This document shows positions 51,381 to 64,000 of a DNA stretch of 64,000 bases, in pieces. Within the stretch, counting starts at the first letter, position 1; the number at the start of each line of letters is the position of its first letter. The notes below the pieces were generated by a model. That model saw only the letters and a list, made by a program, of their open reading frames with translations. It searched no databases and was not told where the DNA came from. The translations under genes and the position numbers were made by a program. Source of the DNA: Paragordius varius (Eukaryota; Animalia; Nematomorpha); contig OZ176050.1 in assembly GCA_964247055.1 (NCBI GenBank), forward strand, positions 13,764,001 to 13,828,000. Direction: 5' to 3'.

Positions 51381-51658
51381 TCTTTTGCCGCAATTTTTTC
51401 CTATATTTTTAATTGCTGATGCTGCAGGCAAAGACCATATTTTGTAACATAAAATCTTAATACTCCATGATTAATAAGGGAAATTTTCTTTAGTCTTCTG
51501 GGAACATTATACGAAAAAATTATTTTTAAATTGTAAAATTAAAAAACTCATCCCTTTTTTGCCGCCATTTTTTCCTATTTTAATTGCTGATGTCGTAGGC
51601 AAAGACCATATTTTGTAACATAAAATCTTGATATTCCATAATTAATAAGGGAAATTTT
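51381..51658 (+). repeat. Direct repeat, two ~105-bp copies
   Basis: TTTTGCCGC...AATTGCTGATG...AGGCAAAGACCATATTTTGTAACATAAAATCTT...TTAATAAGGGAAATTTT at ~51381-51487 and ~51555-51658. Confidence 0.85.
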
Positions 51659-52789
51659 AATTGGGCTAATTTTAAGTAATAATTACAATATTTGAAAATA
51701 TGCAAAACACGTAAAATAACGTTAAAAACATTTATATAGTAAATATCTTTTATCAATTTTTTATCTTCATTTAAATTTTTTTATAATAGTTATCGGTTAG
51801 CACGACTCAGCGAAGTGTGACATGGCCAGAGTATATATATATATATATATATATCTATATATATTTTTACGTGTACAGGGCTCAAAATCTGGGGTATAAA
51901 AGAAGAAATATATATCCAATCCATTAAGGTTATCATAGTGCTTTTGATTTGGTGCTTACGAGTATTGATTATCTACACTTTTGTGGTAAGTTCTCCATAG
52001 ATAGAAAAATGTGCGCATATTATTTATATATATATGTTTGTGCAAGCTAAATGCTTTTTTACATAAAATACACTAAAATATACCATAGATTTTTAAAAGG
52101 GAAAACACATAAAAAAAATTTTAATGTGTGCTCCTTAAGTCCAGAATTTTTTATCCTTAACGGGCTAGTTATCTTATAAACCCAAAAATGCTTAAATTGC
52201 GCGATAAAAGTTTTATATATATGCTTAATTATGATATCTGCTTAAATATTTAATTAAAAAATGCACACTTTTTTTCAAATTAATTTAAAAATTTTGTGTA
52301 AGCGTGCTTTATATTATATTGAGGAGAGTAACGGTCGAAAAATTTTAGAGATAATATATAAAAATCTTTATCTATACATTCGACGCTGAACAATCATCAT
52401 ATAAGAATGTGTGATTTAAATATTCGCCCAAAATTATACGTTAAGTAATTGTGTTTTTTACAAAACGACACCATATTAGAAAGCTAACGAACCATTAAAT
52501 TAAATATTTGTAGCGAATGCTATATAAAGTTTTTATAGTAACTTAAAGAGTTTGCTTACCGTTTCGATCATACCTCAAAATAGTATGAAGTGCGCTTCAA
52601 CAAGATGCTTGTTACGCTGTTTCAAAAAGTGTACATTTTCAAAATTTAATTAAAGTTTAGCATAAAATTTTCGCGCGATCTCAGAATTTTGGCGTTTCTT
52701 TTACTTGAATACAACACATTCATTTCAGCCCTTAGATTCAAATTGGGGTGGTGGATAGCCCATTTATATAACATTAATAAACCGAAATA

Positions 52790-53160
52790 TAAAAAAATTC
52801 GTTTAATACTTGATATTACATATTTTAAAATAAAACCCGAAGGTAAAAATTTAGTCAACATGACATATGTGCATTATATAAATTCAAAAATAATACAAAA
52901 AACCACTTTTTCTGCTTCTATCATTGTTAGATGTGATTTAATAAAAATTGGTCTTAATTTTTAGAGAACCTGTATTTTTTGTAAAATAAAAATGGCATCA
53001 AGGCAATTTGATATGGAACTTTTTTTAAAACTAATTATTATTTAGATATTTCGGCATAGTTATATAGTTTTATTAGGATAGAAGCATAAATTTTAAATTA
53101 CGACCGTTTTTAGTAGCTTTTTTAAAAAATGTTTGGGGTATTTTGATAACCCAATTATTA
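52790..53160 (-). mobile_element. Family D element, partial reverse copy
   Basis: Reverse-complement blocks AAACCACTTTTT, ATCA(A/T)TGTTAGATGTG, AAAATGGC, TTTGATATGGAAC, GATAGAAGCATAAATT, GGGGTATTTTGATAACCC. Confidence 0.6.
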
Positions 53161-53790
53161 AAGTTTTAAAAACGATCTTTTTAGACGAGTGAAAAAATTT
53201 GGGACTTTGGGAGCCCAGATCCAATAATTAGAATTTTTTAAAGAGGTCGGGTGATAAAAAATTTTTTGACTTGACTTGCAAGTTTTTCAAGTCATGTTTT
53301 GATTTCATGTAATAAATAAATTAACATTACACTAAGACAAGCAAAAAACTTGATAAGAAAGTGATAAAGAATTATTAATATCAATTAAAACTAAAAGATT
53401 TTTTAAGTGTGATGTAGGGCACACTTGACTGATTTAAAAACATGGATAAAATTATTTTGGAAATATATGTACAAAATTTAGGTTTTATATGTAATTCAAA
53501 CCTTTGTTAATGTTATGATTTGTTAATTTTATAAATTTTGGCCAATTAATTTATTCATTAGGATACAAAAGAGGATAAATTTATAGAAGCGTAATATTTA
53601 ATAGCATGGCATATAAAAATATGCTAAATATTCCAATTTCGTGAACGCAAAATTGGATTCTCGAAAATTTCTTAAAATTAATAATTAAATATGAAAGTAA
53701 AGTGCGACTTTTTTAAATGTTATTTTATAATATATTTTGTGATATGTTTTTGCAATAAAATACCCAACTTTAAACAAAAATATTTATCAA

Positions 53791-54338
53791 AACTTGGATA
53801 CAACACCTCATTTTAGTCTTTTAATTCAATTGGGGTAGTTGAATATCCCAGTGTTTAATATTAAATACTTTTTAAAAATTATGAAGGAATTGAGACCATG
53901 GCTAAATTTTGGATTTATATGACATAAACCCGAATATAGAAAGTTTTTTTCAAAAATATTTGATATTACTTATTTCAAAGTAACCAAAGAAAAATTTAGT
54001 CCAAGTGAATGTGAATTGGCTAAATTGAAAACTAATGAAAATAAACCACTTTTTCTTTTTATATCAATGTTAGATAAGATTTAAATAAATAAGCGTTAAT
54101 TATACCTTGAAAAATAAATCAACATATTTTGCAAAAATTTGCAAAATAAAAATGGCGAAGTGATGTAACATGGAACTTATTTTAAACTAAATATTGAGAT
54201 ATTTTAGCTTATATAATTTTTATTAGGAGGGCAGCAAAAATTTAAATTATCACCGTTTCGTTCCGTATTTTTTAAAAAAATTTAAACTTTAATTAAGTCT
54301 GGGGTATTTGGATACCCCAAATTGAATTGAAATGTTAA
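53791..54338 (-). mobile_element. Family D element, reverse copy
   Basis: AACTTGGATACAAC...TTGGGGTAGTTGAATATCCC...GGGGTATTTGGATACCCCAAATTGAATTGAAATG-TTAA. Confidence 0.75.
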
Positions 54339-54430
54339 AAAAATTAAATTTAGCCATTTTCTGATATGAAGCAACCACAAAAGTGCAAATTTCTTATCAT
54401 TTGTAAAATATTAAAAAAATATTATTTTAA

Positions 54431-55002
54431 CACTTCGCTTCAAATTAGGGTATCTAAATACCACAGACAAAATTTAAATTAATATTTTTAAAAAAGTATT
54501 AAAGAAAACGGTCCCAATTTAAATTTATGCTTCTATCCTGATAAAAATTATATAAATATGCCAAAAGAGCTTGATAAAATTTTATTTTGAAAAAAAAGTT
54601 TTATCTCAAACTACTTCGACGCCATTTTAATTTTACAAATCTTTTACAAAATATCGTCTTCATTTAAATTTAAGGGTAAAACTAAAGCTAATTTTCTAAA
54701 TAAATTACATTTAACATTGATAGAAATAAAAAGCGGTTTATTTTGTATTATTTTTTAATTTTACAATTTCACACATGTCACGTTGACGAAATTTTTACCT
54801 TTCGGTTTTAGCTTAAAATAAGTAATATCAAGTATTTTTGAGTAAAATTTTTTATATATTTCAGTTTATTAATGTTATATAAGTGCAAAATTTTGTCATG
54901 GTTTCGATACCTTCCATACTTTAAGTATTTTATTTTAAACAGGCCTGGGGTATCCAACTACCCCAATTTGAATCGGATTAAAATGTGTGTTGTATCCAAA
55001 TG
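54431..55002 (+). mobile_element. Family D non-autonomous element (piggyBac-like, TTAA TSD)
   Basis: TTAA-CACTTCG...CCAAATG-TTAA; internal GGGTATCTAAATACC and GGGGTATCCAACTACCCCAATTTG. Confidence 0.8.
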
Positions 55003-55026
55003 TTAATCCTGATCATTTTCCTATCA

Positions 55027-55064
<38 letters not shown>

Positions 55065-55466
55065 TTAGGTTAGTTTTGTACCCTTTTGGACTCAGTGTAT
55101 TTTGTTTTGACTTATAAGTCGAGATTATGATATCTCTAGTGTATTTTGGAATACCATTTATGTTGCACTAAAAAAATTTTAAATTTGACTCATTCTTATG
55201 GAGCTATTACAAGAAAAATAGTATAAATATTCATATACTACTCTTAAGTGATACATTTCTATGTCTGAACTTTTGTGCATCTTTACCTAAAACAATTGAA
55301 GCTACTCTAAATGATGATAAGAAATAAATATTATGTAAAAATTACATTTTTTATTTGTGCAGATTAACGCAACTTACTTTTTTAGCTTTTTATACAAAAC
55401 ACTCACGCTTATTATGGATTCATTTTTACCATCTGGGAAATTTAAATTTGAATTTTTTTGTTGCAC

Positions 55467-57526
55467 ATGACATTTTCCCAACTTAATCCGCTGGAAATCG
55501 AGTTTTTGGCAGAATATGAACACATAAAGATAATTCCAAACTTTAAAGCCCAGTCATTTGACATATTTACAGTTTGTTAATTACATATTTTGATATTAAA
55601 TAAATTTAATAGGTTATACAGAATTATAATATGTGATTTATTGATATTCTTATTAGGAAACTATACCCAACATAATTCCCGGCGTTCCCCTTAGTGTACC
55701 TATTTGGATGGCCTTAACACTAAAGAAAAGTCAAAAATGCTTCATAATACCTCCCGAGTGGCTCAATATAGGTTCTATGATAACATAATTTTTAGAAATA
55801 TTTAGATTTTTACTAATTAATTCGTTATTATGATTAGATAATATATTTTTAAAAAATATATTTTTTGTTAAATCAACTTTGTACCCCGACATTAACTTAT
55901 TAAATAGATTTTCCATAAGTTTTATGCAATCCCCGAATTAATAGTAAATTTGTTTAAAAGACATATATTTAAATATATAATTTATCAAAGTTTAAAATCG
56001 CATTTTAATATGATGCATGGGGATGATTTTATTGCTATTTTTCATCTAAATTTTAATCTTTATTTGGTATTTTTGTATCATCTCCATAGATGTTTTGGAG
56101 GATATTAAGCAAAAAGAAATTGACGACACTTATTTTACCGAAATGCCAAATGAACATTACATGGAAATATCTAATATGCTATTTCAAGAGTGAGATATTT
56201 TAAAACTAGATTTTTAAATAGATAGATAAGTTGGAATTTAACGAAAAAGTTCTTTACATAAAATATCGAAAATTAAAAAAAAACATTTTTTATTACGTTT
56301 TTTTATATTTTTATCCACACGTTTAATATGGTTTTGAGTATACCCTAACTTATAAATAAAAAACCTAATCCTATTGACCATATAATATGTTAGGAATTTA
56401 TACAAAATAGTCGAATATAAAATACAGTATAAAATTTTACGAACAAGATAAATATTTTTTTTAAAGGGCCTACTATTTTAAATCTTATTTTTCCCATATA
56501 AATTTAACTACATATATCTGTATTCATGCTTTGCAAATCAAAAGAATTAATTAAAAAACCAAGATTTAAAAAGTTATAAAAGATATTTGACTTTATATTT
56601 TCCCTTTGGATAATTTTCATTTTTACTCTAAACAATCTCCATTGAAATGCGGTCTTTTATACATTCTTTAGTTTTATATCCACCCTATTTATAAATTGGG
56701 TAATTAAAAAAAATATTTTGCACATATTAATTTTTTTATTACATTTAGGGCTAAAGAAGACATTGAAAATGTATATAACCTTAAACTTTTGATAAAGGAT
56801 ATATGGGATTTACGAATGGCAAAACTCAAGAAAAGCATACAAGAGTTGATTAAAACATCACAAGATTTATCTAATATACAAGTATAGTTTAAATTTATTC
56901 TTATATTTAGCATTTTATCAAATATTTTTTTCTTCAATTATTTTGATCAGATTAATTTAGAAAGAGTTATGTTATTTTACGATTCGCTTTGGTTTAAATG
57001 ATTAATTTACAATTTACGACCTCATAATACCATGCTTTTTCAATGCCCCCGAATTTAAAAATAGATTATTTTAAAGTTATGTTCGCTTAACTTTGAACAT
57101 ACTTTCCTTAATTTTCATTTGAAATAATAAAAAATTTTTTATAAACCTAGAGAATATTATGTATTTATCAATAAATTATTGGGGGAATTCACTGTATAAT
57201 ATGTAAATGTCATAAAACTTTTCGATTGGTTTTTTTAGATAAACAATTTAACACGCATGGAAATTAATACGGTCCGTGGATTGCTGACATCAGGTCTTGA
57301 AACTTTAGACCAAATTTTAACGGTTAAAGAGGGCTTGAAAGATATCTCAACTTCAAATTTAACTTATAATTCATTTTCAAACAACCATTACCCTTCAGAA
57401 GATAGTTTCAACAATATCAACACTTCATTAACTACTGATAATTTCAACAGTAATGATAATAATAATACTAATTTCAATCACAACATTCAAAAAGGCCTAA
57501 TAAATGATCCGATTGATGAAAATTAA
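55467..57526 (+). CDS. GINS2: DNA replication complex GINS subunit Psf2, 5 exons, 246 aa
   Basis: Exons 55467-55571, 55657-55771, 56090-56189, 56749-56881, 57239-57526 join in frame. Product includes LNPLEIEFLAEYEHIKIIPNF, PGVPLSVPIWMALTLKKSQKCFIIPPEWL, FTEMPNEHYMEIS, LIKDIWDLRMAKLKKS and INNLTRMEINTVR, all typical of Psf2. Confidence 0.95.
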
Positions 57527-60500
57527 TAAATAAATTTATGATTTTATATAATTTTTTAGCATAATAAATTACATTTACGTTAGAAACGAGTATTGAAATT
57601 TACTTTTTTTTATATATTAGTTTGTTCTTAAAAATAATTTAAGTGGCAAATTTTTCATGGGGTTATTATTTAAATATTATCCATTTATTTACGAGTAATT
57701 AATTATCAATAATGAATTTATAAGGATTAGAAATGAGGTATAAAATTATAATTTATTAGATTACCATGGAATTTATGTTTTGGTTAAAATTAAAAGTCAT
57801 TTTTCAGGAAAATTGTTTTGCTTCTCTTCTTATTAGATCAAATGGCTCTGTTATAGGTTTTACTCCTCCAATTAAATAAAAAATATTTACAAAAATAGAA
57901 AGATATTAAAATACATATTTTAAAATATTTTTAATTCTAAAAAATATGTTTTTATTATTGTAAAGTAAATAAGAAATCACCGCATAATATATAATACAAA
58001 ATCACTAATTTAATAACGTCTATTTATATCTTGTTGAAAAGCGATTCCAAAAAAATAATTTTTATGAAAAAAGGGGTATTTAATCCCTCTTTTATACCTG
58101 TGTGGATCTTTCTAAAATCTTATGTATTGTCTCACATTTTTTGAATAGGAAATTTTTACCCTTAATTAAAACGCAATTCAGAAATTTAAGCAATTTTTGG
58201 TATTTTTCCTCGATGGTCAAGTTAATATGTTATACGTATATCCTAATATTCATTATATTTTTTTTGATATTATTTTCGTATATATATCTATGACATTTAA
58301 AATTTGCTCTGTAATTAGAGTTTTTCGAGGCACTTTTTTATATTGTATTACAAAATTTATTTGTTGTTGAATCATTATGCTAGAAAAGTTGTTTGTTTTA
58401 TAAAATAAATTACAAGCGGTAAAATTATATACTCCGATTTTTTTAATTAGTAATAAATATTTATAGTGCAAAAAAATTAATTTTGATATTTAATGTAAGA
58501 AAAATATAGTATGTTGATCACAAATCAAAGGTTTAAAATGGTACGAAAACGGAATTATATATATATTCCGATCAGAAAACAAATCTTTTGATCGTATGCT
58601 TGCTTTTAAGGCGATAAAAAAGCTTTTTTGTCCATTTTGGGAACAGAATCTAACGCCTTATCAATATAACGAAATATCAATATAAGATGTCCATTTTTAT
58701 AACCTTTGTGACTAAAAGAAATTAGTTTAGTAGAAAAATCAAAATTATAATGAAATTTTTCCCATCAAAAATAGATTATTTAATATTGTTTTTTTTGTGT
58801 TTTTATGATGGAATAAAGCCAAAAATATGATAATCCCTCAAAAAGACATAAAAATAAAAACCACAAGTAAAAATCTTTTTTATGTCAAATTATTTTTATT
58901 AATGAATATTTTTCGAATTCCAAACCAAAAAATAGGAAAACCATATACAACAAATTATTAAGAGTCAGATTAACAAATTTTTTAAAAAAAAGTGAGCTAT
59001 TAAAATGTTTGCTTTAAGTTAGGGACTTTGAAAACAGAATATAATCGAATTCATTTATATTAATTGTTAATTCGAAATGTTTCCATATGGTGCGTATAAA
59101 TCATGCATTCATTGACAATTGTCTGCCGTTCATTGCAACAGAGCGTGTTTCACTAGTAAATTATTTAAAAATTTTTATAAAAATATAACTTATTGCTATT
59201 TTTACATGGTCTATTTTTTAATTTTTGGTAGTCAGAAATGGTTTCTCGTTTGTTTAAGTTAAAATTACCCCTACTCCAATGTTTGAAATCAATTAAGTTG
59301 TGGTATATATGTATTCTAGCTGTAAAAATTCCCAAGAAATGGCATTTACATCTACTTCTTGTTATGTATTTTAAATAATGCCACACATTGAATGCATGAT
59401 ATAGCACAATGATTACTAATTTAACTTTTTTCTATTACATTATAAGATATACAATAGGTAGCTTTTAAAACAGGTATTTTAACCGACCTTTTTAAAAAGT
59501 TCCATTAACCTATTCATACCTTAAAATAGATTTAAAAATTTACGATTGCTAATTGGTATTGGAAAACTAAAAAAGACAGTGTTGGTTAATTTTTAAAATT
59601 AAACATTACTCTATATAAAATATAAATTATAATTTTATTGGTGTAACAAAAAATCTAAGTAAAAATATATAAAATTATTTATTTTTGTATTGGACTGTCG
59701 AAACTAAATTACAGTTTATTTCGCGCTCAAAACTTGTTAAAAACTAAGTCAACAACCACCATAGCAAAATTATGACTTTTAAATTTTCATAGATTTACTT
59801 GTTATAATGTGATTTTTTATGATTATCTTTCGACCAACATAATTCACAGTTAATTTAATTTAAAAAACATCACGTATATAGAAATGTAGTAATGTTTTTT
59901 ATTATTCTTATATCAAAAAAAAAATTTTTAAATAAAAAAATAAATTTAATTTCAAATTAAAGCACACACACACCACTAAAAATTGAGATAAATTAAAGTT
60001 AATGTCCTTAAAAATCGAGAAAAAACTGTCGACAATCTATACTTATTAAATTTTTATTTTACTTTTATGATTATTTTTTCGTCCGTAAAAAGTAAAATTC
60101 TCACACGGTTTTACATCTAACTTTTTAAAAAATTAATAAAAGCATATAAAACCTTGTTTTTTATAATTATGTGTTTATTTGTCATTTTGTTTGTGAATAT
60201 AAAAATATCTAAAAAATTTAAGGTAGTTTCAGGATTAATAAACCTACACTCTACATCAGGGGGATGTCCAGCACTAATGGCTTCGCGCGGACCACGTTTC
60301 TGGATAGAAATATGGGCAAAAACAAGTATTTTGCGTTCGATTTTGAACATAAGACTATTTAACACCGTTAAATACTAAGATCCTATCCTTTTAAAAATTA
60401 TAATGTTTTTATTGAATCATATCGAATTATTATTTTTTTGGGTAAATCATAATTAATTCTATCATCACCCTAAATATTTTTAGAATCGAATTCAAAATGT

Positions 60501-60658
60501 TACATCAGCACTATAAATTAAATTATGTGGGAATAAAAAGAATTTTTAACGAAATGTCGTAAATATTTTTTGTGATAAATAACCCTAAATTTTTGAATCG
60601 CATTAGAAAGGTATTTTATATGAATATAATTTACTGTTTAACCAGACTTCGAGCTTAA

Positions 60659-61176
60659 CAGTTCGATTTAAATTGGGGCATCTTTAATACCCCAGACATA
60701 ATTAAGGTTAGTATTTTTGAAAAAATACTGGAAACGGTCCCTTAATATGCTTCTATCCTTATAAAAATTATATAAATAAGCCAAAATATCTATGTAATAT
60801 TTTGTTTAAAATAAAATTTTTATGTCAAACTACTTTAACTCCATTTTTATTTTATAAAATTTTTGCAAAATATTGTCCTCATTTAATTTTAAAAATTAAA
60901 GCTAATTTTTTATTGAAATTACATCTAACATTGATAGAAATAGAAAAAGCGGTTTATTTTATTTTATTTTTTATTTTACTATTTCACACATGTCACGTTG
61001 AGTATACCTTTCGTTTTTAGTTTAAAATAAGTAATATTATTAATGTCACATAGTGCAAGATTTTGCCATGGTTTCGATTCTTTCATACTTTTTAAATTAT
61101 TAGATTTTAAACAGTCCTGGGCTATCCAACTACCCCAATTTAAACCGAAGGACTAAAATGAGTGCGTTTTTAAGTG
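60659..61176 (+). mobile_element. Family D element (TTAA TSD)
   Basis: TTAA-CAGTTCG...TAAGTG-TTAA. Confidence 0.8.
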
Positions 61177-61219
61177 TTAATACTACTTAAATTTGTGAAA
61201 CATTTGATTATTTGATTAA

Positions 61220-61832
61220 CACTTCGATTCAAATTAGGGCATCCAAATATCTCAGACTATATTTTAGTTGTACTATGAAAGAAACGGTCCCAATTTAAAT
61301 ATATGATTCTAAAAAAATTATAGAAATAAGCCGAGTTATTTAAATAAAATATAGTTTTGAAAAAAAAGTTCCATATCAAACTACTTCTACGCCATTTTTA
61401 TTTTACAAAATTTTAGCAAAACATCGTGTTTATTCACTTTGAAACATAAAATTAAAGTTAATTTTTTTTCAATCACATCTAACATTGATAGAAACAGTCA
61501 CTCCTCTAGTATCAATCATGTACTCTTTTCTGATACCCTTTCCTTCTTCTCTCAAAAGTGTATGTTTTTGTATTATTTAAAATCAGGTAATGGAAACATA
61601 TCAAGTTAGCTAAATTTTTACCTTTGGATTTTACCTTAAAACATGTAATATCAAGTCTTTTTGAATGAATTTTTTTATAATTCTGTGCGCACCAATGTTA
61701 TATAAGAGCAAACTTTTGCAATGGTTTCAATTTGTTCCATATTTTTAGAAATATTTTATTTAAAGTGGCCTGAAGTCTCCAAAGACCCCAATTTGAATCG
61801 GATGACTGAAATGAATGCATTGTATCCAAGTG
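61220..61832 (+). mobile_element. Family D element (TTAA TSD) with ~75-bp internal insertion
   Basis: TTAA-CACTTCG...CCAAGTG-TTAA; extra C/T-rich segment at ~61495-61570. Confidence 0.8.
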
Positions 61833-63927
61833 TTAATATTGTTCAGAATTAATTATCGTTTCAACTTTGGAAATATATCAAAACAAAATAAATATATTGG
61901 CTGTTTTTTGTGGTTATTTTTAGCTCTATGTTTAGAAAAGCTTGACTTACTGACTCTATTATAAGGGTACTTACTATATAACAAATGGAAATTTTAACAA
62001 TTATCAATATAAACATATAAAAATACAATATTTTTTGTTAATGCATTGAAATAAATCTTTATTAACAATGGTGGGCTCTAAAATTGCTATTCTCTACACA
62101 TATGTATATATACAAAACATTGAATATGCTTGAATAATTATACTGTTTTGGACAGATTTTTTTCAAATTCCAATGAATCTGAAATAAAATTAAGTTGGTT
62201 ATCAAGTATTTGTGAGGGGATTTTTGAGTAAATGCTTAAACAACATAATATATGGTAAAGAGGACTTACATCTGTCATTTCACTTAAAGCTTTCATCATT
62301 ATCAACTAATTTGAGATCATTTGCACCCCAAAATATTTATATTTTAGACTGACTCTTTTAAACAATATTTTTTAATAAGATAAGCTAAGATATATTGCAA
62401 TATGCTAAATTTCATAACGCTATTTTGGAAATATATATATATATATACTTATGTATGCATATGCATAATTATTTTGCCCATTCAAGTAGAAAATTTAGTG
62501 TTTTGACATTGGGGGTGACAAATAAGCAACACATATTGTTTGTAGACATATTGTCATGTTTGCTATGTATAAGGAAATATTCAATATAGCTAAAAAGTAA
62601 AAAATAGTTACAACACTTAGACTATCCTTTTCGACTAAAATTAAGATCTTTTAGATTTTACACTTGAAAGATTTAATAAGGAAAGAAAAGGGATGATAGT
62701 TGCCTCATACCTTAACTGATAAATAAATCGACTCTTCCGTGATACACCTGTCTCTTTACCATAAGATTTCAAAAAATGATTTTAAACAAAAAACAAAATA
62801 ATCATACTGTTTTAAAACCTAATTATGGCGTACGTAAAGTGTGCAATAAGTCTAAAAACTAAAGAAGCAATTTTGTGAACTAACGTTTCGAAACTCAATA
62901 TTTTGGGTATATCATTAAACACCCTTGTTAATACCAATTATTATAAATGGAGGAACTCGTAGAGATGCTTAATAATAAGACATATTTAAATATATATATG
63001 TCCAAACACATTAAATCTGTTTATTAATCGCTTATATAAAAGTTTAAGACTGTCAATTATTTTTTTTTTGCATAGCCACATCAGTGTGATTTTTTATATG
63101 AATAAGATTGGGATCTTTGAATCCAGCATTGAAAAATATGCAGTTCTCATATATGTGGACCAACCAATCACGTTGACTGATATTTATCATATTAAAAAAT
63201 TTACCTAACGAAAAAAATTATATTTAAGATATTTTTATCTTTATTAAAATTATTTTGCAAATTACTATGTAATCGTTGGATATCAAAAATATTATCCGTA
63301 ATTTTTCTCAAAGTTATAAAAAAAATTTTTTTAATAGTTCTTTATTTTTAAGTTTTGTGATCAAGTTATAATAATAAATATTAACATATTTTGTTAGGGA
63401 AATATTTAATAAATTTGTGCCTTAGACTCTGTGGGGCCCCTGTAAAACAACATATCTCTATTGTAAGAATAAATAATTTTGAATATATAATTAGTTTGTT
63501 CGAAACATATAAATTAATGTATACTATTAAGATGTTTAATGGGATTACGTTAAAGTTTTTTTCCATATTTTAGAAACGAAAATTGCAAAAATAAGGTATT
63601 TTGAGACAAATTGGGGCCTTTTATTATACTAGAAAAAGTTCCAACATAATATATAATTTTACGGAATTTACCCTAGAGCCCATCATTTTTACCAGCAAAA
63701 TTACTTTTTTTCTAAAATATTCATTTAAAAAATTTTACAATAATTTGCTATAAAACCCTTATATTTTGGAGTAGATACCATATTTCTTTTGAATAAACAA
63801 TATAACCTCTTCCAAAAACATTTATACTTAGATTATCTAAAAAATAAAAATTTGACCTATTTTTAATTTTTTTGCTGCAAATTTTACCAAGATTTTTTTA
63901 TTTTTTAGGCATCACTAATCCATTTGA

Positions 63928-63974
<47 letters not shown>

Positions 63975-64000
63975 GATTAATAATTTATTAGTTGATTTAC

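Noticed and set aside
57600-64000. A further gene in the last 6 kb (strong minus-strand donor near 62260, short ORFs)
   Set aside because: No consistent in-frame exon chain or protein motif; the region is mostly family D elements and AT-rich DNA.

Overview
Very AT-rich, intron-containing animal genomic DNA (torsin and a Closca-like gene point to an invertebrate; the species cannot be identified from sequence alone). Five spliced protein-coding genes were reconstructed by hand from GT-AG junctions and reading-frame continuity. (1) ATP6V0B/VMA16 V-ATPase c'' proteolipid (+, 1310-3895). (2) A ~1350-aa large Rab of the RASEF/CRACR2A/Rab44 type (-, 7239-~19527). (3) A ~3370-aa secreted Closca/Polehole(fs(1)M3)-like protein with EAR-like ends and a long fibre-like repeat core (+, 30618-45617). 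(4) A torsin AAA+ ATPase (-, 46572-50889). (5) GINS2/Psf2 (+, 55467-57526). Introns and intergenic DNA hold several families of short non-autonomous DNA transposons (TA-, TTAA- and 7/8-bp-TSD types), a LINE remnant and (AT)n tracts; no intact transposase was seen. The most striking signal is three ultra-short GT-AG introns (27, 27 and 24 nt). Two must be spliced because they carry in-frame stops, and two lie at positions matching, from recall, the human orthologue introns. They coexist with ~70-95-nt and kb-size introns in the same genes. All boundaries were read by eye and need RNA-seq confirmation.
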